A DNA stretch of 64,000 nt from Cyanophora paradoxa CCMP329 (GCA_004431415.1 QPMI01000625.1:1-64000), one strand, 5' to 3'. Positions 49,539 to 63,150 are shown, numbered from the stretch's first letter. Program-made: numbers and translations. Notes: generated by a model from the letters alone, not told the origin.

Positions 49539-51300
49539 CTAGCTCATTTTTCCGAGCCTCATCTTTTTGACGATTGTGCGTTGACCATAGAAGAGGAAGG
49601 AATCGATAATGCCCGCAACCGTAAAGACGCCTCCAACGATAGCACACACAGATGTAAGGAACTGGGAGAAGGAGCGGTACGAATCCGAAACTTGAACCAT
49701 CAGGGGTGAAAGGTCATAGAAGAAGAAGACACCTGTCGATGAAAACACTACATCAGCCGAGTTTCACTTTCAGGAGAGGAAGAACAAACCGGGCAGAGAC
49801 CGTGTTGCTCCATGGGCATCAATATTCCGGAAGTGCTCAGTGAAGGCGAACTGGTTGGTGCTGATAACCTTGCCATCCGCTTTTTGATACTTAGTGGGAA
49901 CGACCTTGATAAAATACTGAAACATCCCAGAGGCTGTATGCAGGGAATCGAAGGCTGCACCACAAGCAGCGGTGTGAAAAAAACACGCACTGGCAGAGAC
50001 AATGCGCTTCTGACCATCCAGAGGGTTCACGATCCCAGGAAACTCCTTCCCGAAAGAAAGCTTGTGCACGATGTGGCTCACATTGAAATCTCGAGATTGG
50101 AAAGGCATTAGGTCGTGCACATGCATGTGCGCCTGCCAAGAGTCAGCCGCAAGTCCCGGATCTGCACTGCATAAATGCTAAAAGAACCTGCTGGAACGAC
50201 TTCCCGGGAGCGAAATGAAAGTTGCCCGCGACCTGCGAAACCATCAACAACCTCGATGTGGCGGAAGATCTGTCTGGACTAACCTTGTTAACTTCAAGGG
50301 AGCCATGTACACGACACCCCTCGCCCGCCGTGTTCTTGAGCTTGTTCACGAATCCCTCACGCACGCACTGCTCAATGTTCTCCGCCCCCGAGAAAGCCCA
50401 GCCACGGCGACGGTACGCTTCCCGAACTTGGTCGCACGTGTTGCAGCACGGTGGCTCCCCCTCTTTTGGTTCTTCGGCACCGTAGCAACTGCCGCAGTAG
50501 TTTGGATCTGTTTCATTCTTGAGGGCGGCGTCGGGTATCGCCTCGTGCTCGCCAAGCTCTGAGTGCGGGAGTCAATGCGGAGGCGCAGGTGCAGCACCAA
50601 AGAGCTCGGGGAACCTTTTTCTTCTTTAGCTTCGTCGATGGGCTCCCCTCTGGAATCTATTCGAGTTTTGAATACGTTCACGAACACATCAAGCTGGTGC
50701 TCGCCGGAGATGTCCATAGCGTCCAACGATAGCACTGCGGAAAAGGGGTGCGGGAGTGCGCGGCGGTAAGCGAAACGAAGGAAACGACATCTGAACAGTG
50801 ACAAGGGCATCCGCATGCACCTGAACATGCCATGCTGTCGCAAGCGATTTAGTTTCTCGCGTGCGTACGCCGGAGCGAGAGCACGAACCCAGTGAATGTA
50901 ATGTCCATATTGATAGCTAGCTTTTCTCCCCTGCTCGTATCGACGTAGAGTTCGTGCTTGCGCTCCTGCGACAGGTAGAACACGAACTCCGACATGAACA
51001 GGTAGAAAATGATGATACCGCTGATGAGCGAGACTGCACGAGCATTCGGCCGGCGTGAGCATTTGGCCGACGTCGGGCTTCGGAGCGCCGGCTTGAAAGC
51101 CGAGCGGCGCATGGGAAGATACCGCACCGGCGCCTCCGAGGGCGGTCTTCTGCCTGTAGTCGTCGTGCGTCTTTGGATACGCATCGAACCTCTGCGCGCC
51201 GCGCTGTCGTCCGACGTCCGATGTGCAAAGCGCGCGGCGCGGGCACCTTGAGCTTGCCGACCAATTCGTTCTGCTGCAACGCAGCGAGAAACGACACCAT
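49539..51300 (-). CDS. ERGIC3: ER-Golgi intermediate compartment protein 3 (Erv46 family)
   Basis: FDAYPKT, LSLDAMDISGEHQLD, YCGSCYGA, CCNTCDQVREAY, EGCRVHGSLEVNK|VAGNFHFAPG, FQYFIKVVPT, PGVFFFYDLSP, FLTSVCAIVGGVFTVAG, C-terminal LGKMS. Confidence 0.97.
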
Positions 51301-51775
51301 CTCGCTCCAAAAGCACGCGCGCTAGCTGCAGCTGGGGCTCTCCTTTTCAATGAGCTGCGGGGGTACAGCGGGGGTACAGCGGGGCTCTAGATCTGCAGCT
51401 GGGGCTGGACTGGTACCGGTGCTCCGGGATCCGCCAGGCTGGCCATGGGCTTGGCTGGGCTTCGAATATTAATATCAATTCGAATTCAAGGCTTTAATTC
51501 AACCAGGTTCTCAAAGTCCCTACGCCCTGACATAGCATGTGGGGCCTTCAACACAGATTTGCTCGAGGAGTAGGGGTGGGGCTCGTGATTTGGGCTCTCA
51601 CTGCCATGCAGATCAGCCTCGGGTCGGCCCGAGCGGAGCAAGGGTAACGACCCGAGGTTCTACTTTTTACACTTTAGCAGGCGTAGTTCACAGATGCAGC
51701 TAGCTAGCCGCTAGCCTGCGTGTCTATGCTGAACGCATTGCAATTGAATCTGTGATCGGTTGAAATGAGGTACCC

Positions 51776-54158
51776 CTACTTGCCCGTCCCGAGGAGGAGG
51801 CTGAAGGGGGGCAGGCCCTCGAAGAAGGAAAGGAAACGGAGGGCGCGGCAGGCGAGGGAGAGGGCAACCCGGACGGAGCAGTCCACGACCCGTGAGAAGG
51901 CCGCCCGGCTCCCGGGCGTGTGCTCCTCCGCCCGGCCCTCCACCCGCCACCGCCTCGTCTTCCTGAAGGGAAGGAGTTGGGTTTGCTAAATATAGAGCGA
52001 GGAAAAGGGGCGTACCGGTGGAGCTCCGGGAGGTCCCAGGGGGTACGCACGCCGAGGCCCTCCACCACGTCGAAGGCAGCGGCGAACCTGCGGGGTCCGA
52101 TTGAGATCCGGTCGCCTCTGAGCGGAGGGGTGGAGGCCGTACCCGTCCTCATGAAAGCCGTATCCCACCCAGGCGCCGCAGAACCAGGTCCGGTTCTTGC
52201 CCTGGATCGTGGATAGCCTTCGCTGCAGCAAAAGGTCACCCGGTTCTTAACACAGGACGTAGACCATGGTGGGGGTACCTGAGCGTCCATGGCCTCCATA
52301 GAGAAGAGGGGATGCTCATACTTGAAGCGCGCAATGACAAGGTCGGGGGCGGGTGTAACGACGGGGTTCAGCGAGACGAAGAGGGGGAATGACTTGTCGA
52401 TGTTCTGCAGGCGGTTCATCCAGTACGTCACTGAGACGTTGCAGTCGCGCGCGTCCTGCAGCGGATCAGTCCCAGGCACCCGAGCCGGGGGTCGCAAGCG
52501 AGGGAGGCACGGCGGTCGGAGCAGTCTGGTAGTTCCATGAGGCCCAGATCGTGTCGTCGCGCGGCATCAGGGCGGGGTCCGTGTGCAGCACGGCCTCGTT
52601 GCTGGCGAGGCGTCAAAGGAAAGGGCGGGACCGTGCCCCCCCCAGGGGCCGCGCACTCCTGGTACCGGAAGCAGCCGAGAACGCTCCGCTCGCCCGCCGT
52701 CGCGTCGCTCCCGAGGATTTGCAGCGCCTGCCCGGCGGCCAGGCGGCTTCAGAACGGGGGTACGCGAACGATCGACCGAGGGGGTGTGCGTGCCTGGTCG
52801 CCGTGGGCGGCGAGGATGATTTGGTCGAAGCGCTCGCTCTGCCCGCGCTCGTCCCGCACGATGACGCAGTCCGCCCGCCGTTCTACACCAGCCACAGCGG
52901 TCGAGAGCCGCACCTTTCGGAGGTGAGGCGGGCACAGGGACGATTGGGAGGGGGTACCTTGTGCGCGAACTTGGCGGTGATGAGCTTCACGTACTCGCGG
53001 CTGCCGCCCGTGACCTGCGCACGCGTTGGCGGGGGCGGGCGAGCGCGACGTCTGGGCGGCGCCTCACGGTGCGCCAGGCGGGCCGCTCGAAGATCTGGAG
53101 CATGCCGTGGTTGTTCATGAAGCGCACGATTGTCGCAACGGGGAACGATATGATCGTCTCCATCGGCGCCGACCAGATGGCGGCGGTCATGGGGAGCAGG
53201 TAAAGGCGCCGAAAGTGCTGCGAGTAGCCATTCTGGTCCAGGTACTGGCCGAGCGTGAGGCGGGACTTGGAGGCCGGGCAATCAAGCGCCAGCAGCCGCG
53301 GGGCCTCCCAGTTGAAGCGCATCATCTCCATGAACATGCTCCAGAACGAGGGCCGCAGGAGGTTCCTGGGGTTCGGAATGAGGCGCGCGGGCTGGGTGCG
53401 CGCACGCGGGTGGCCAGTCGTACCGGCGTTGTGCGAAGACCGTGCTCAAGCTGTCTCCAGCCCACTCGATTCCACCCCGGCCGAGCACGCTTACCGCGAA
53501 AGACATATCGCTCGCCTCGGTGCGCACGCGCAACGTCCGGAAGAGGTTCGTCAGGTGTGGGTAATTGTGCTGCGGGGTAGGAAATCGTTCGTCAGATAGC
53601 GATGCAGCTATCCCGACGCAAGAGCTTGATCAGGAAAGCTCTAAATAGTACGGATCTCTATATCCTAGCCGGACAAGGACCGCTGGCCGCCGCGAGGGGC
53701 GCCAGCGAGCCGCACGCAGGGGCGCCGGCGAGCCGCACGCGTGGACCGGACGCGCTGGCGGGCTGCTGGCGCGCAGGTAGGCCATGGAGACGAAGGCGCA
53801 CCTCATTGTAGACGATAAAACCTGACACGTTCACTATCAGTGGGCGTCGCGTTTGGACGGTACTCTCAAATCCTGTCACCGAGGACGCGGGCCCTGCCCT
53901 CGAAACGAATGCTAGGTCCGGAAGCTAGACGCATCTCTCGCGCATACGCGACCACGCGCGCAAGCGCTGTCGCGCACCGGTATCGACAGGCTGCTTCGCC
54001 TCGGGATTGGAGCGCGTTGGCCGCGCAACATCCACGGTGTTCGAGTGCCCCCCGATGTAGTCGTCCTTCTCGTACACGATTACGTCGTGCCCGGCTTCGT
54101 CCAGCATCCACGCGGCGCTGAGGCCGCTGATTCCACTTCCGACAATTCCTATCCTCAT
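51776..54158 (-). CDS. FAD-dependent oxidoreductase, COG2907 / amine-oxidase-like family (related to the N-terminal domain of plant cyclopropane fatty acid synthases)
   Basis: MRIGIVGSGISGLSAA, GGHSNT, VDTG|FIVYN, SDMSF, PMTAAIWS, FMNNHGML, WRT|VTGGSREY, LHTDPALMP, WASWNY, VTYWMNRLQ, YEHP, WFCGAWVGYGFHEDG. Confidence 0.9.
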
Positions 54159-54365
54159 AGCGACGCTCCACGCGAGCGCGGGGACTCGCTCTCAGCGACC
54201 AACCGGCGCTGCTTCACAGTACCCCCTTCGGCACGAACTTGCCACGAACTTAGGCCGCAACGCTTGCTCAAGCCGATTAGGGTTTCTCGGAGAGCTCGGC
54301 CTCCGCGACCCGGCCTCCGCGAACGCCGGCCGCGGCCCAGCTCCGAGCCTCCGACGAGCCCGCTC

Positions 54366-57300
54366 ATGGCCGCCCGCGGGGCTGCCCTGGCGGTCGCTGT
54401 GTGCGTGTTCACGCTGCTCGTAGCGGCGGCGGCTTCGCGGGGTGCTGGTGCGAAGCTCGGAGGCGCGCTAAGAGCTGGAACGGCTGCGAGCCGCGGCGCA
54501 CACGGACCGGCCGACAAGCACAGCTGCGGCCACGAACTGATATCGAGGAACGAAGAGCGCTGGAAGCTGCGCGAGAGCCCGCAGGAGTACGTTTCGCATC
54601 CTTGGGACTCGAAGCGCGCCGGCGGACGGCGGAAGCTGCACACCACGGATTTCCAAAATATCCGCATACACGTCGACACCTCGCAAGTGTCCGTCGAGGA
54701 CCGCGTGAAGCGCGAGATCCTGCTCAACTTCCTGATCCCTAACTGTCAGTTCCCACCCTGGGTCGCCCGCTCCGCGCCCGCCGATCGCTCCGCAGCGATC
54801 GATTATTTGCAAAAAGCCCTCCGAGTCGTCCCCATCTCCGGCAAGCTCAAGCTCTCTTCGGGCGTTCGCTTCGGCGGATTTTTCGACACGCCCGGCTATT
54901 GTGGGGACGCGCGCGTTCCAGACGAGCACAACACCGGTTTGTGAGATTCTTTCGCGACTCCTCGCTTCTGCTGAGTCTTGCCGACCAGTTGGTGTCGATG
55001 CGGACTTCGTTCTTTACGTGACGACCATGTCGACGGAGGTTCGAACACTGGCTTATGCGGCGGCGTGCAGGCAGGACCAGGTTCGCTCTTTTCCTGAATA
55101 CCTATGTGTCTGAATATAGCTGAATATATTTTCCCTTCGCCTCCATCCCTCTATCTCACAACGCGCTTCCAGTATGGTCGGCCGATCGCAGGAAATATCA
55201 ACTACAACCCCCTGAAAATTCGTACGGGCATTCCAGATCGGGAGGATGTGCTTGCAACCACCACGCACGAGGTCAGGACCCTCGCTCGAGTGGCACGTGT
55301 CGCACTCACGAATCCATGGTATTTCCGTAGATCATGCACACTCTAGGCTTCTCCGACGACATGTACGGTTCTTTCAGGGATGAGCGCGGCGAAGTTCGCG
55401 GGCGGTACAATGTGAGTTTCGACCTAGCTACCACAGCCTGACTCTGATCTGAGATGGCTTCCCTGCAGGTTGTTCGAGTGAATGCGTTCGGGCGTGCAGA
55501 GATTGTGCTACCCACTGTAGTGAAAATGGCGAGAAATTATTTCGACTGTCCCTCCATGACAGGAGCACCACTTGAGTCTCAAGGAGGTTTTGGTACCGCG
55601 GGGTCGCACTGGGAGAAGCGTGCCTTCATGGTATGCGATCTAGCTGTGATCCCAGTTTTCTTTTCTTGACAATCGTGCCAGAATGAGCTCATGACGCCGA
55701 GCAAGACACTGAACCCGATCTACTCCAGCTTCACTGTGCGTGCTCCATCTTCTACGAAATGGCGTCCTGCTGCTAACCGGGCCGTGCATCCAGTTTGGCC
55801 TGCTGCAGGACTCGTACGTGCACAAGCGCTACTATTGACTGATGCCTGACTCTTCCATTCAGGGGCTGGTACATGCCGGACTACCGATACACAACGAGGC
55901 TAGAGTGGGGCCGTGGCGCAGGCTGCTCATTCCTTTTCGACGTGTGCATGCGGGATGGTAATAGCACCAATCCAAAATGGTACGAAGTACTCTGATGCAC
56001 GTCCACTTCGCTCTCAGCTCTCGGATAGGTTCTGTGACCGAGAGAAGACGATGCAATGCACATACGATCGTGTAGCCAAGGGCTATTGCTTCATCAAGAA
56101 GTACCCACAAGAGATACCCGCTGAGTATCAGTACTTTGATGATCCAACCAAAGGTGGCGGTCTGGATCTCGCAGACTACTGCCCTATCATGGCGTTCTAC
56201 CAGATTATGGGGACGAACCGAACTACGGACTGTCGGCAGCCGGTGAACTTCCCAACCCAGAAAAACTTCTATGGCGAACACTACTGCACAACGTGCCGCT
56301 GCTTTGAGCACAACCGCATGGCAAGAAAGGGTGTCAAAACTAAGATGACAACGGTGCATCCCTGCGTCATCCATCTCTATTGACTTCGATGCTGATGCTT
56401 TCGCTTTCCGAAGGGTTGCTACCTTCCGAAGTGTGATCAGGCAAACCGCACCTACCAGGTATTTGAAGCCATAAATTGATGATATTTTTAGACCCTCAAT
56501 GTGCTCTGCCAGGTTCTCGTGGGCCGCACGTGGCTGCAGTGTTCCTCAGAGGGTGGTACCATCGAGCCTCCCGTGGGGTATCAGGGGACGGTTCGCCACT
56601 ACCTGGCTTTCTGTTATCGGCGTGTCCGGCTCATCTGAACTCTGCAGTTCGAATGCTCTCCCTTTGACACTATATGCGGTGGGCCAGCTGCCACATGCCC
56701 CAGTCAGTGCTCAGGCCGAGGAAATTGCGTGGACGGAAAGTGCTATTGTGTCCCTGGCTGGATGGGTGATGACTGTGGTCAGGGTGCGGGTGTTCGTTTT
56801 CAGCTGGCATTTTTCCTGCATTCAGTCGTATCACAGAAATCTGCCCCTGGAAATGCTTCACTGAGGAGGGGAGGGGTCAGTGCGTGTCCAATGGGCAGTG
56901 GCCCCCCAAGTGCGAGTGCAACACCGGCTACACTGGCGAGTCTTGCCGAGGTGTGTCATTCCCCAGAACACTACTGCTTTTGAACTGATATTGGAGCCTT
57001 GTAGATGAGGCAGGTGTCACGGGTGCCAGTACAGGATTGAGTGAGGTTTCTGATGGGAACGAGGACGAGACAGACCCCGATGAGGCAGACTTTGATGACA
57101 ACTATTGGGACACAATCATGCAACAGGCAGTTGGCCCATTTGGCGAAGACGGTCCGAACCATGTCGAGCATTCTTGCGGATGTTCTTGTGATTCTGTGGG
57201 GCAGACCAGTACCATAGTGAGAGGGCTGGCGAGCAGAACGTCATGGAGCGGCATTCAACTGAGATCACCGTAGCAGGCCAACAAATCCCTGGTGGCTCGT

Positions 57301-57552
57301 TCACCCTCATTGCCTTACTGGTGACACCATCATTTGGGAGCTCCCTGTGCTTGAACTGACTGGGGCAAGCAGGTACTTGTCGGGTGTGTCGTCCTTGGGG
57401 TTGTCATAGGCACTGTCGTCTTTGTTTCAAGGCGCAGGGCCAAGCAATCAATGCAGGCCCAGCTCCAGTCTCTGAGCCTGGGCGACCCTCTCTCGGAACG
57501 CCGGTCCTCCCCTTTATCCCCATTGTCCTCCCAGCCGATGGTCTCTCTGTAG
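54366..57552 (+). CDS. Leishmanolysin/GP63-family (peptidase M8) metalloprotease with EGF-like domains and a C-terminal TM helix
   Basis: Signal peptide, propeptide CGH, DADFVLYVT, LAYAAAC, GRPIAGNIN, HE|IMHTLGF (HEXXH), LESQGGFGTAGSHWEKR, NELM, DYCP, EGF-like CSGRGNCVDGKCYCVPGWMGDDC, TM VLVGCVVLGVVIGTVVFV-SRRR. Confidence 0.92.
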
Positions 57553-58673
57553 AGTCTCAGTGTCACGCGTACCAGGAAGTGATACGTATAGACAGGAAGT
57601 CATATCGGTGGCGCGGGGTATAAGTACGTATACAGATGCATTCGGGTTACGGTGGCACGAAACAAACTCGGAGAAAGTTGGTGGCCTGCGGCTGAAAGTT
57701 CGGCGCTGATTTCGATGGTTTGATCATGATCATGAGCAGGGGCGCCGCGGCCGGCGCGGAATTCGAATTCGAGAGAGAGAGAGCAATCAGACTTGGGTTT
57801 CTTAGTTTACTAAGGACCCAAGTCTTCTATGTTCACAAGTTTGGTGGTGGGTTCATTCCCCCCCTAAGTCCCGGGGTGTTGGATTCGAACCCGAGACCCA
57901 ACCCGTCAAACCTGTTTCCTGAGCAATCCAGCAACCGCGCTCTCTTGCTTCCATCGGCAAAAGTGAGCTCCAAAGCCGCGCGCGTCCGTTGAGCTTGCAA
58001 ACGCGACGGCAGGTAGCTTGGTTGCCGAGATCGAGAAGCCTTCAAAGCTCCCATACAAACGCACAATCATGTTTTCCGGGCAATCCGGCGACCGCGCTGG
58101 CTTGCTTCCTGAGAAGAAAGTCCGCTATGCAGCAAAGCGCATCCGTCTTAGAAGCTAGCGCAAGGGCAGGTAGCCTGGTTGCCAAGATCGCAAGGTTCCC
58201 ATACAAACATGCAATCGTCTCCTGCTCCTCAGGGAGCGCGCGCGCGGTTCCGGTTTTCAAACCAGTTACAGGGTGCATCGAAGCGGAATAGGAATAGTTA
58301 TTCGAGAGAAGAGAGAGCAAGTAAAAGACACTCCCAGGACTCGAAACCAGGAAGTGATGTCGCGGGGTACTCGAAGTTGAAAACAAACGCATCAGAAACC
58401 TTGTCGGACCGACAAAGCTCCATCGCTCTGGCTCGAGCTCAGCGAGTTCGAATTCCAGCAGGCACGACATGCATCGGTTGACCTACTAGGCTATGAAACA
58501 CGATGAGCAAGAGGCGAATCTCAAAGGCCGAGCTCGACGACGAGGGTCCAGGCGAGAAGTTGCCTGAGTGCGGGCTCAAGCGTGCGCCGTAGCATTCCGC
58601 TTGCCCTCGAGCGCTTCTACGCAATGAACTGATTGTGAAATGTCGAATTCTGCGTATGCGCAGCGCCTGGGTT

Positions 58674-61292
58674 ATGGGTAAGCTAGTGCGACTCGTGTGC
58701 CGGCACCGCTTGACTTGCGTTAGGTGGTTTTCGCCACTGCGACTGGCAACGCGGAGAATCTCGCGCGCCAAGCGGTGGATGCCGTCGCTGAGCGGAATTT
58801 ATCCGCGTCTATGTCCTGCCTTGGGGATTACGCGTCCTTCAAAGCGCTAGGGCGATCTCGGGTGCCTGTGGTCTTCTTCATCTCCACGTACGCGGACGGC
58901 GAACCGCCGGACATGGCGAAGCAGTTCTTCGTGCGCGGTTTGCGAAGGGGAGCCCTTCTCTTGTTGACCCCGCTCGGATCAGGCGTGGCTCGCTTCCGAC
59001 GACCGAGACCTTGAGCGCCTCAAGTATTGCGTGCGCTTGTAGCTCACTGCGTTAGCTGTTCAGCTCTGGCGACGTGCGGCCTCGTCAGGTTGTCGGTCTT
59101 GGCTCCAACTTCTACGAGCGATACCAACGCGTCGGAACGCTGGCGCGCCCCGCGCCTTCCGCCCGGCTCCCTCCTCGGCCGACGCGTCTCGCAGCTAGAC
59201 GAGCGGCTCGCCGCGCTCGGCGCGACCCGCCTACTTCCGCGGGCAGAGGTCGAGGACTCGACAATGGACGAGGATTTCCAGCTCTGGCTTTCGCAGCTCT
59301 GGCCGGCCCTCGACGCGCACGCCGCCGGCCTCTCCGAGGCAGGCTTTGGGGCTGCCCACACCTTCTCGCCGATTCCGCCGTCGCCGGCCGCTGGCCAGGA
59401 GACACCCATCCCTGAGGAGGACTTCGAGTGCCTTTCCAAGTGTTCCGAGTTCCGGCTTGCCTGAGGCTGCCGCCGCAGGAGCGAGCTTCCTCGAGTTCCT
59501 CAGTGGGGCTGTGTGCTGCGCCCTCAGCCTCCGGAGGCGGAGGGCGGCCCGTCGGGAGACCTCTCGCCACTGCGAAGTTTGCTCGGTCTCCACGTTGAAA
59601 GCTCCGCACTGCGCATGCTGCCTTGCACAGTCAATGAGGTAATATTTGGCACCCGCCGCCGCCCCTCGCGCCTAATGCAAGGCAGGAGCTCTTTTCTTCT
59701 TCTGAGCGCTCATGCCGCCTGATCTCCTTCCCCCTCGCTTCCGCTGGCCTTCAATACGAGACGGGAGATCACCTTGCCGCGCGCACCTTGCTGAATCACT
59801 CTTAAGGGGCATCTAATCCGATCATCTACAGGTGATGCCCCGGGCTCCCCTGGAACTCGTGCACCGCATCTGCGCCCGTCTGCGCATTGTACCCGAGGCG
59901 CGATTCACCGCCGAGCCGGCCGCGGTGGCGGAGGGCGTCCCTCGGCGGTCGCAGACTCCAGCGTCGGGCCGCCCAACTGCTCCGTTTTTGGGTGATGCGT
60001 GGACCCTTGAACAGGCATTTAGCTCTTTCGTGGACATCGTCCAACCACCGACTCGCAAGTTGCTCGCGGAATTCGCCCGGTGCGGCGGCAGCCTCCTCCT
60101 TGCGCCTCGCCGCACGTCAACGAGCACCCCAGGCACGCCAAGGACGAGTCCGAGCGCACGCGTCTGAAGGGCCTGGCGATCGGAGAAGAAGGGGGGCCGG
60201 AAGGCTACGCGGCGTGGGTGCGGGCTGCGGAGCGGAGCGTCGTGGAGGTGCTTGAAGCCTTCCCCTCGGTGGACCTACCCCTGGAGCGGCTGTTCGCGGG
60301 CCTGCCGCGCCTGGCCCCGCGGTGCTTCTCCCGCCCGGCGGCTTGCACGCGACGGCTCACGCACGCAGGTACTACTCGATCGCCTCGGCTCCCGCGGCTT
60401 CTGCGGGGGCCGCCGAAATCGTTGTCGGCGTCGTCCGCTACACGACCCCGGCCGGCCGAATCCACGAGGGCCTCTGCTCCTCCGCCCTTGCCCGCCTCGT
60501 CCCGGGCGCCGACCGTGCGCCCTCCTTTCCACGTCGTGCCCCTTTCCCCGCTTCTGCAAACCATTCGGACAGAGGTGCCGATCTTCGTTCGCTCCTCGAC
60601 CTTCCGCCTTCCAACCGAGGCCACGCGCCCGATCATCATGGCCAGCAAAGCGCCCTTCGCGACCGCTTCGTTGCCTGCCTGATGGTCTCGCTGTAGGTGG
60701 GTCCTGGCACGGGTCTCGCCCCCTTCCGGGCGTTCTTGCAAGTGCGCCCCCTTCTGGGCGTTCCTTCCGGGCTTTCGAGCTGACGGCGCGTGGGGGCTCC
60801 ATGGCCAGGAGATGGTTGTGCGCGGGGCTGGGGCGCGCTGCGAAACACACCTGTACTGCGGGTGCCGGACACGTGGGGAGGAGATATTTGCGGACTTCTT
60901 TGAGGGTCTGCGCACCTCGGGCCTTCTCACCGCGCGCCGCGTCGCCTACTCCCGCGAAGCTGTACGCCTGTCTCAGCGCCGGCGATTACTTTATTGAACG
61001 CTGAACAGGAACGCGTCCACGTTCAAAACTGCATGCTGGATGACGGAGAGACGCTTTGGAATCTCCTTGCGGAGCGAGGAGCTCACCTTTTCGTTTGTGG
61101 CGACGCCCAGCGCATGGCTCCCGCTGTGCACAGCACGGTTGTGCGCATCGTTGAGTTGTACGGGGGTCTCGGACACTCTGCAGCAGAGTCTTTTGTAAAG
61201 TGCCCCAACGCCATCCCCTCCTCTGACCTTGGCTAACCCTATCTTGCAGGGGCCTAGTCGAGTCCTCCCGCTACCTCAGCGATGTGTGGTGA
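58674..61292 (+). CDS. Diflavin NADPH oxidoreductase (cytochrome P450 reductase-like: FMN, FAD and NADPH domains)
   Basis: VFATATGNAE, STYADGEPPD, VGLGSNFY, YETGDHLA|V, PR|YYSIAS, GLCS, FRLP, IIM|VGPGTGLAPFRAFLQ, LYCGCR, AYSR, FVCGDA, RYLSDVW*. Confidence 0.93.
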
Positions 61293-62095
61293 TATAATAC
61301 TTTGCAATTGCTCAGAGCTTCCTTTGCTCGGTGATATTTATGGCGCAGTATACTGCCATGTTAACGTTATTATTGCAAAACGAAGCCAATTCTCTTTCTA
61401 CGCTACGGGCGCGCCGGACCTCCTACCTACAGCGCTTTAACTGTACCCGTGCTGTTAGGGATAGAGCGTAACCCGCAGGGACTGGTGCCCTGATGGGGAA
61501 AAGGGGATGGGAGCCTAGCTGGCTACGAGCCGAGCAGGCGCTTCGCGTCCACGCCCGTGCCGTAGCGGATGAAGATGCTCCTGCGAGAGGTTCGTGCGGT
61601 CAGTACGATTACGATTGCGACTGCCGCCCCCAGAACAGGGAATTTCCTTGAAGAACAGGGCGCCATGGCAATGACTGTACGTATACTGGTGGGCTAGCTG
61701 GGCGCATCTCATCTCACGGTACATACGTTACATCTCACGTGCACACTTATATATATAGCCCGGACGCGTACATCGACTAGAACTAGTACTTGCGGTTTGA
61801 AGTAATATTCGTCACACGGTGTGCACGTGTCGGACGTCCAAATATTAATGCATGTTATAAATGCGCGCGGGCCAGCCGGGGCCGCATGCGCAGGCCTATC
61901 AAATGCAATGACCGTCGACGTCAGACTCAGTGATTCGAATATTCGCGCGATCGCCGCCCTATAGCTAGCGTAAAACATGCATGCAGCAAGAGCAAATCGA
62001 AGTGGGGTACACGATACTGCAGAAAGGAAGCCGTTGAAACTTTCCGGTCGCGTGCGCGCTGCACATCTCAAAAAGCGAAAATAGAGCCCGATAAG

Positions 62096-63150
62096 ATGTC
62101 CGTATCTCCCTCAACTTTTCTCGTGGTGCGCCCCTTCTTGCAACGGCAGCCCATAACGGCCGCACGCCGCCGACGACTTCCAATTCTGCCACATCTGCCA
62201 CATACGCACACATTGATGGAGGATGATCGCAGGTAAATATAATCAGTGCCGAGGCGCCCGAGAAGCGTAAGCGTCTCATCGGGTGCACATTGATAACACT
62301 GGCATACTAGCCGTGACGTGACGTGACGCGCTGATTGTGTTCTTAATCTCTGTTCTTCTAGGTCACGCCGCTGTCGCTACTTCGTTGTCTGCCAGGTTGG
62401 CGTCCCCGCATCCTCGTGTCTGCACAACTCGCAGTAATCGCCTGTGCAGTACGGATCGGACAGCCGCAATGCGATTCGTACAGCAACGCTGCCGGGCGGG
62501 CCCAATATTCCCTACAACCAGTCTTTCCGCCTCCAGCTCGACGGTTTCTCTTCCACTGTTCAAGTCACGCTAATGCGCGAGCGTAAGAATAAGGAAGCAG
62601 TCGCCATGGGCGGAATCAAATTTAACATCGACACGAACCTGGACAAAGCCACGGCAGTCGAGAAGACTTACAGCGTTAGCCCGGGCTGCAGCCTGCGCGT
62701 CGCATTCCAGCCCGAGGTGCCGCCGAAGCCGGAGCCGGCAGCGGAAGTGTACAGCTACCCGGAGGTTGCCGTGCCCACGGCCGTGCTGCCGGCGGATCCC
62801 GAGGCTTATTCGAATTCGGAGACGCCAAGGGGCGTGTCCCGCAGCAACTCCTTCGACCAGTTCCAGCCCCCGCAACAATTCGATTTCTCATCGCCCATCT
62901 CGTACGCCCAGCAGACAACACGTACGCCCTTTTCCACTTCCCGTTCCCGTATCTCAAACTCCGTGCAGAGGAGGACGAGCCGCCAAGGCCGCCGTGTTAC
63001 GCGGGCATGCTCTCCTTCCTGACCTCCGGATGCGAAGCTCCCGTCGCTAAGGCCCAGGATTACAATGTGGAGAGCACCAGCTGGCGCTACATCGATTCCA
63101 AGCCGCAGGGCTGGCGCTCTGCGTGGGGCTTGTGGGACGTTGAGCTGTAA
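62096..63150 (+). CDS. C2-domain protein
   Basis: Spliced FLV|VNIISAE...YFVVCQ|YGSD...RTATLPGGPNIPYNQSFRL...VQVTLM...MGGIKF matches the C2 strand pattern; low-complexity C-terminus. Confidence 0.7.

Noticed and set aside
59455-59465. In-frame TGA in the reductase (possible Sec or readthrough)
   Set aside because: It falls inside a GT-AG intron and is part of the CTGAG branch-like motif. The same applies to other apparent internal stops in the window.
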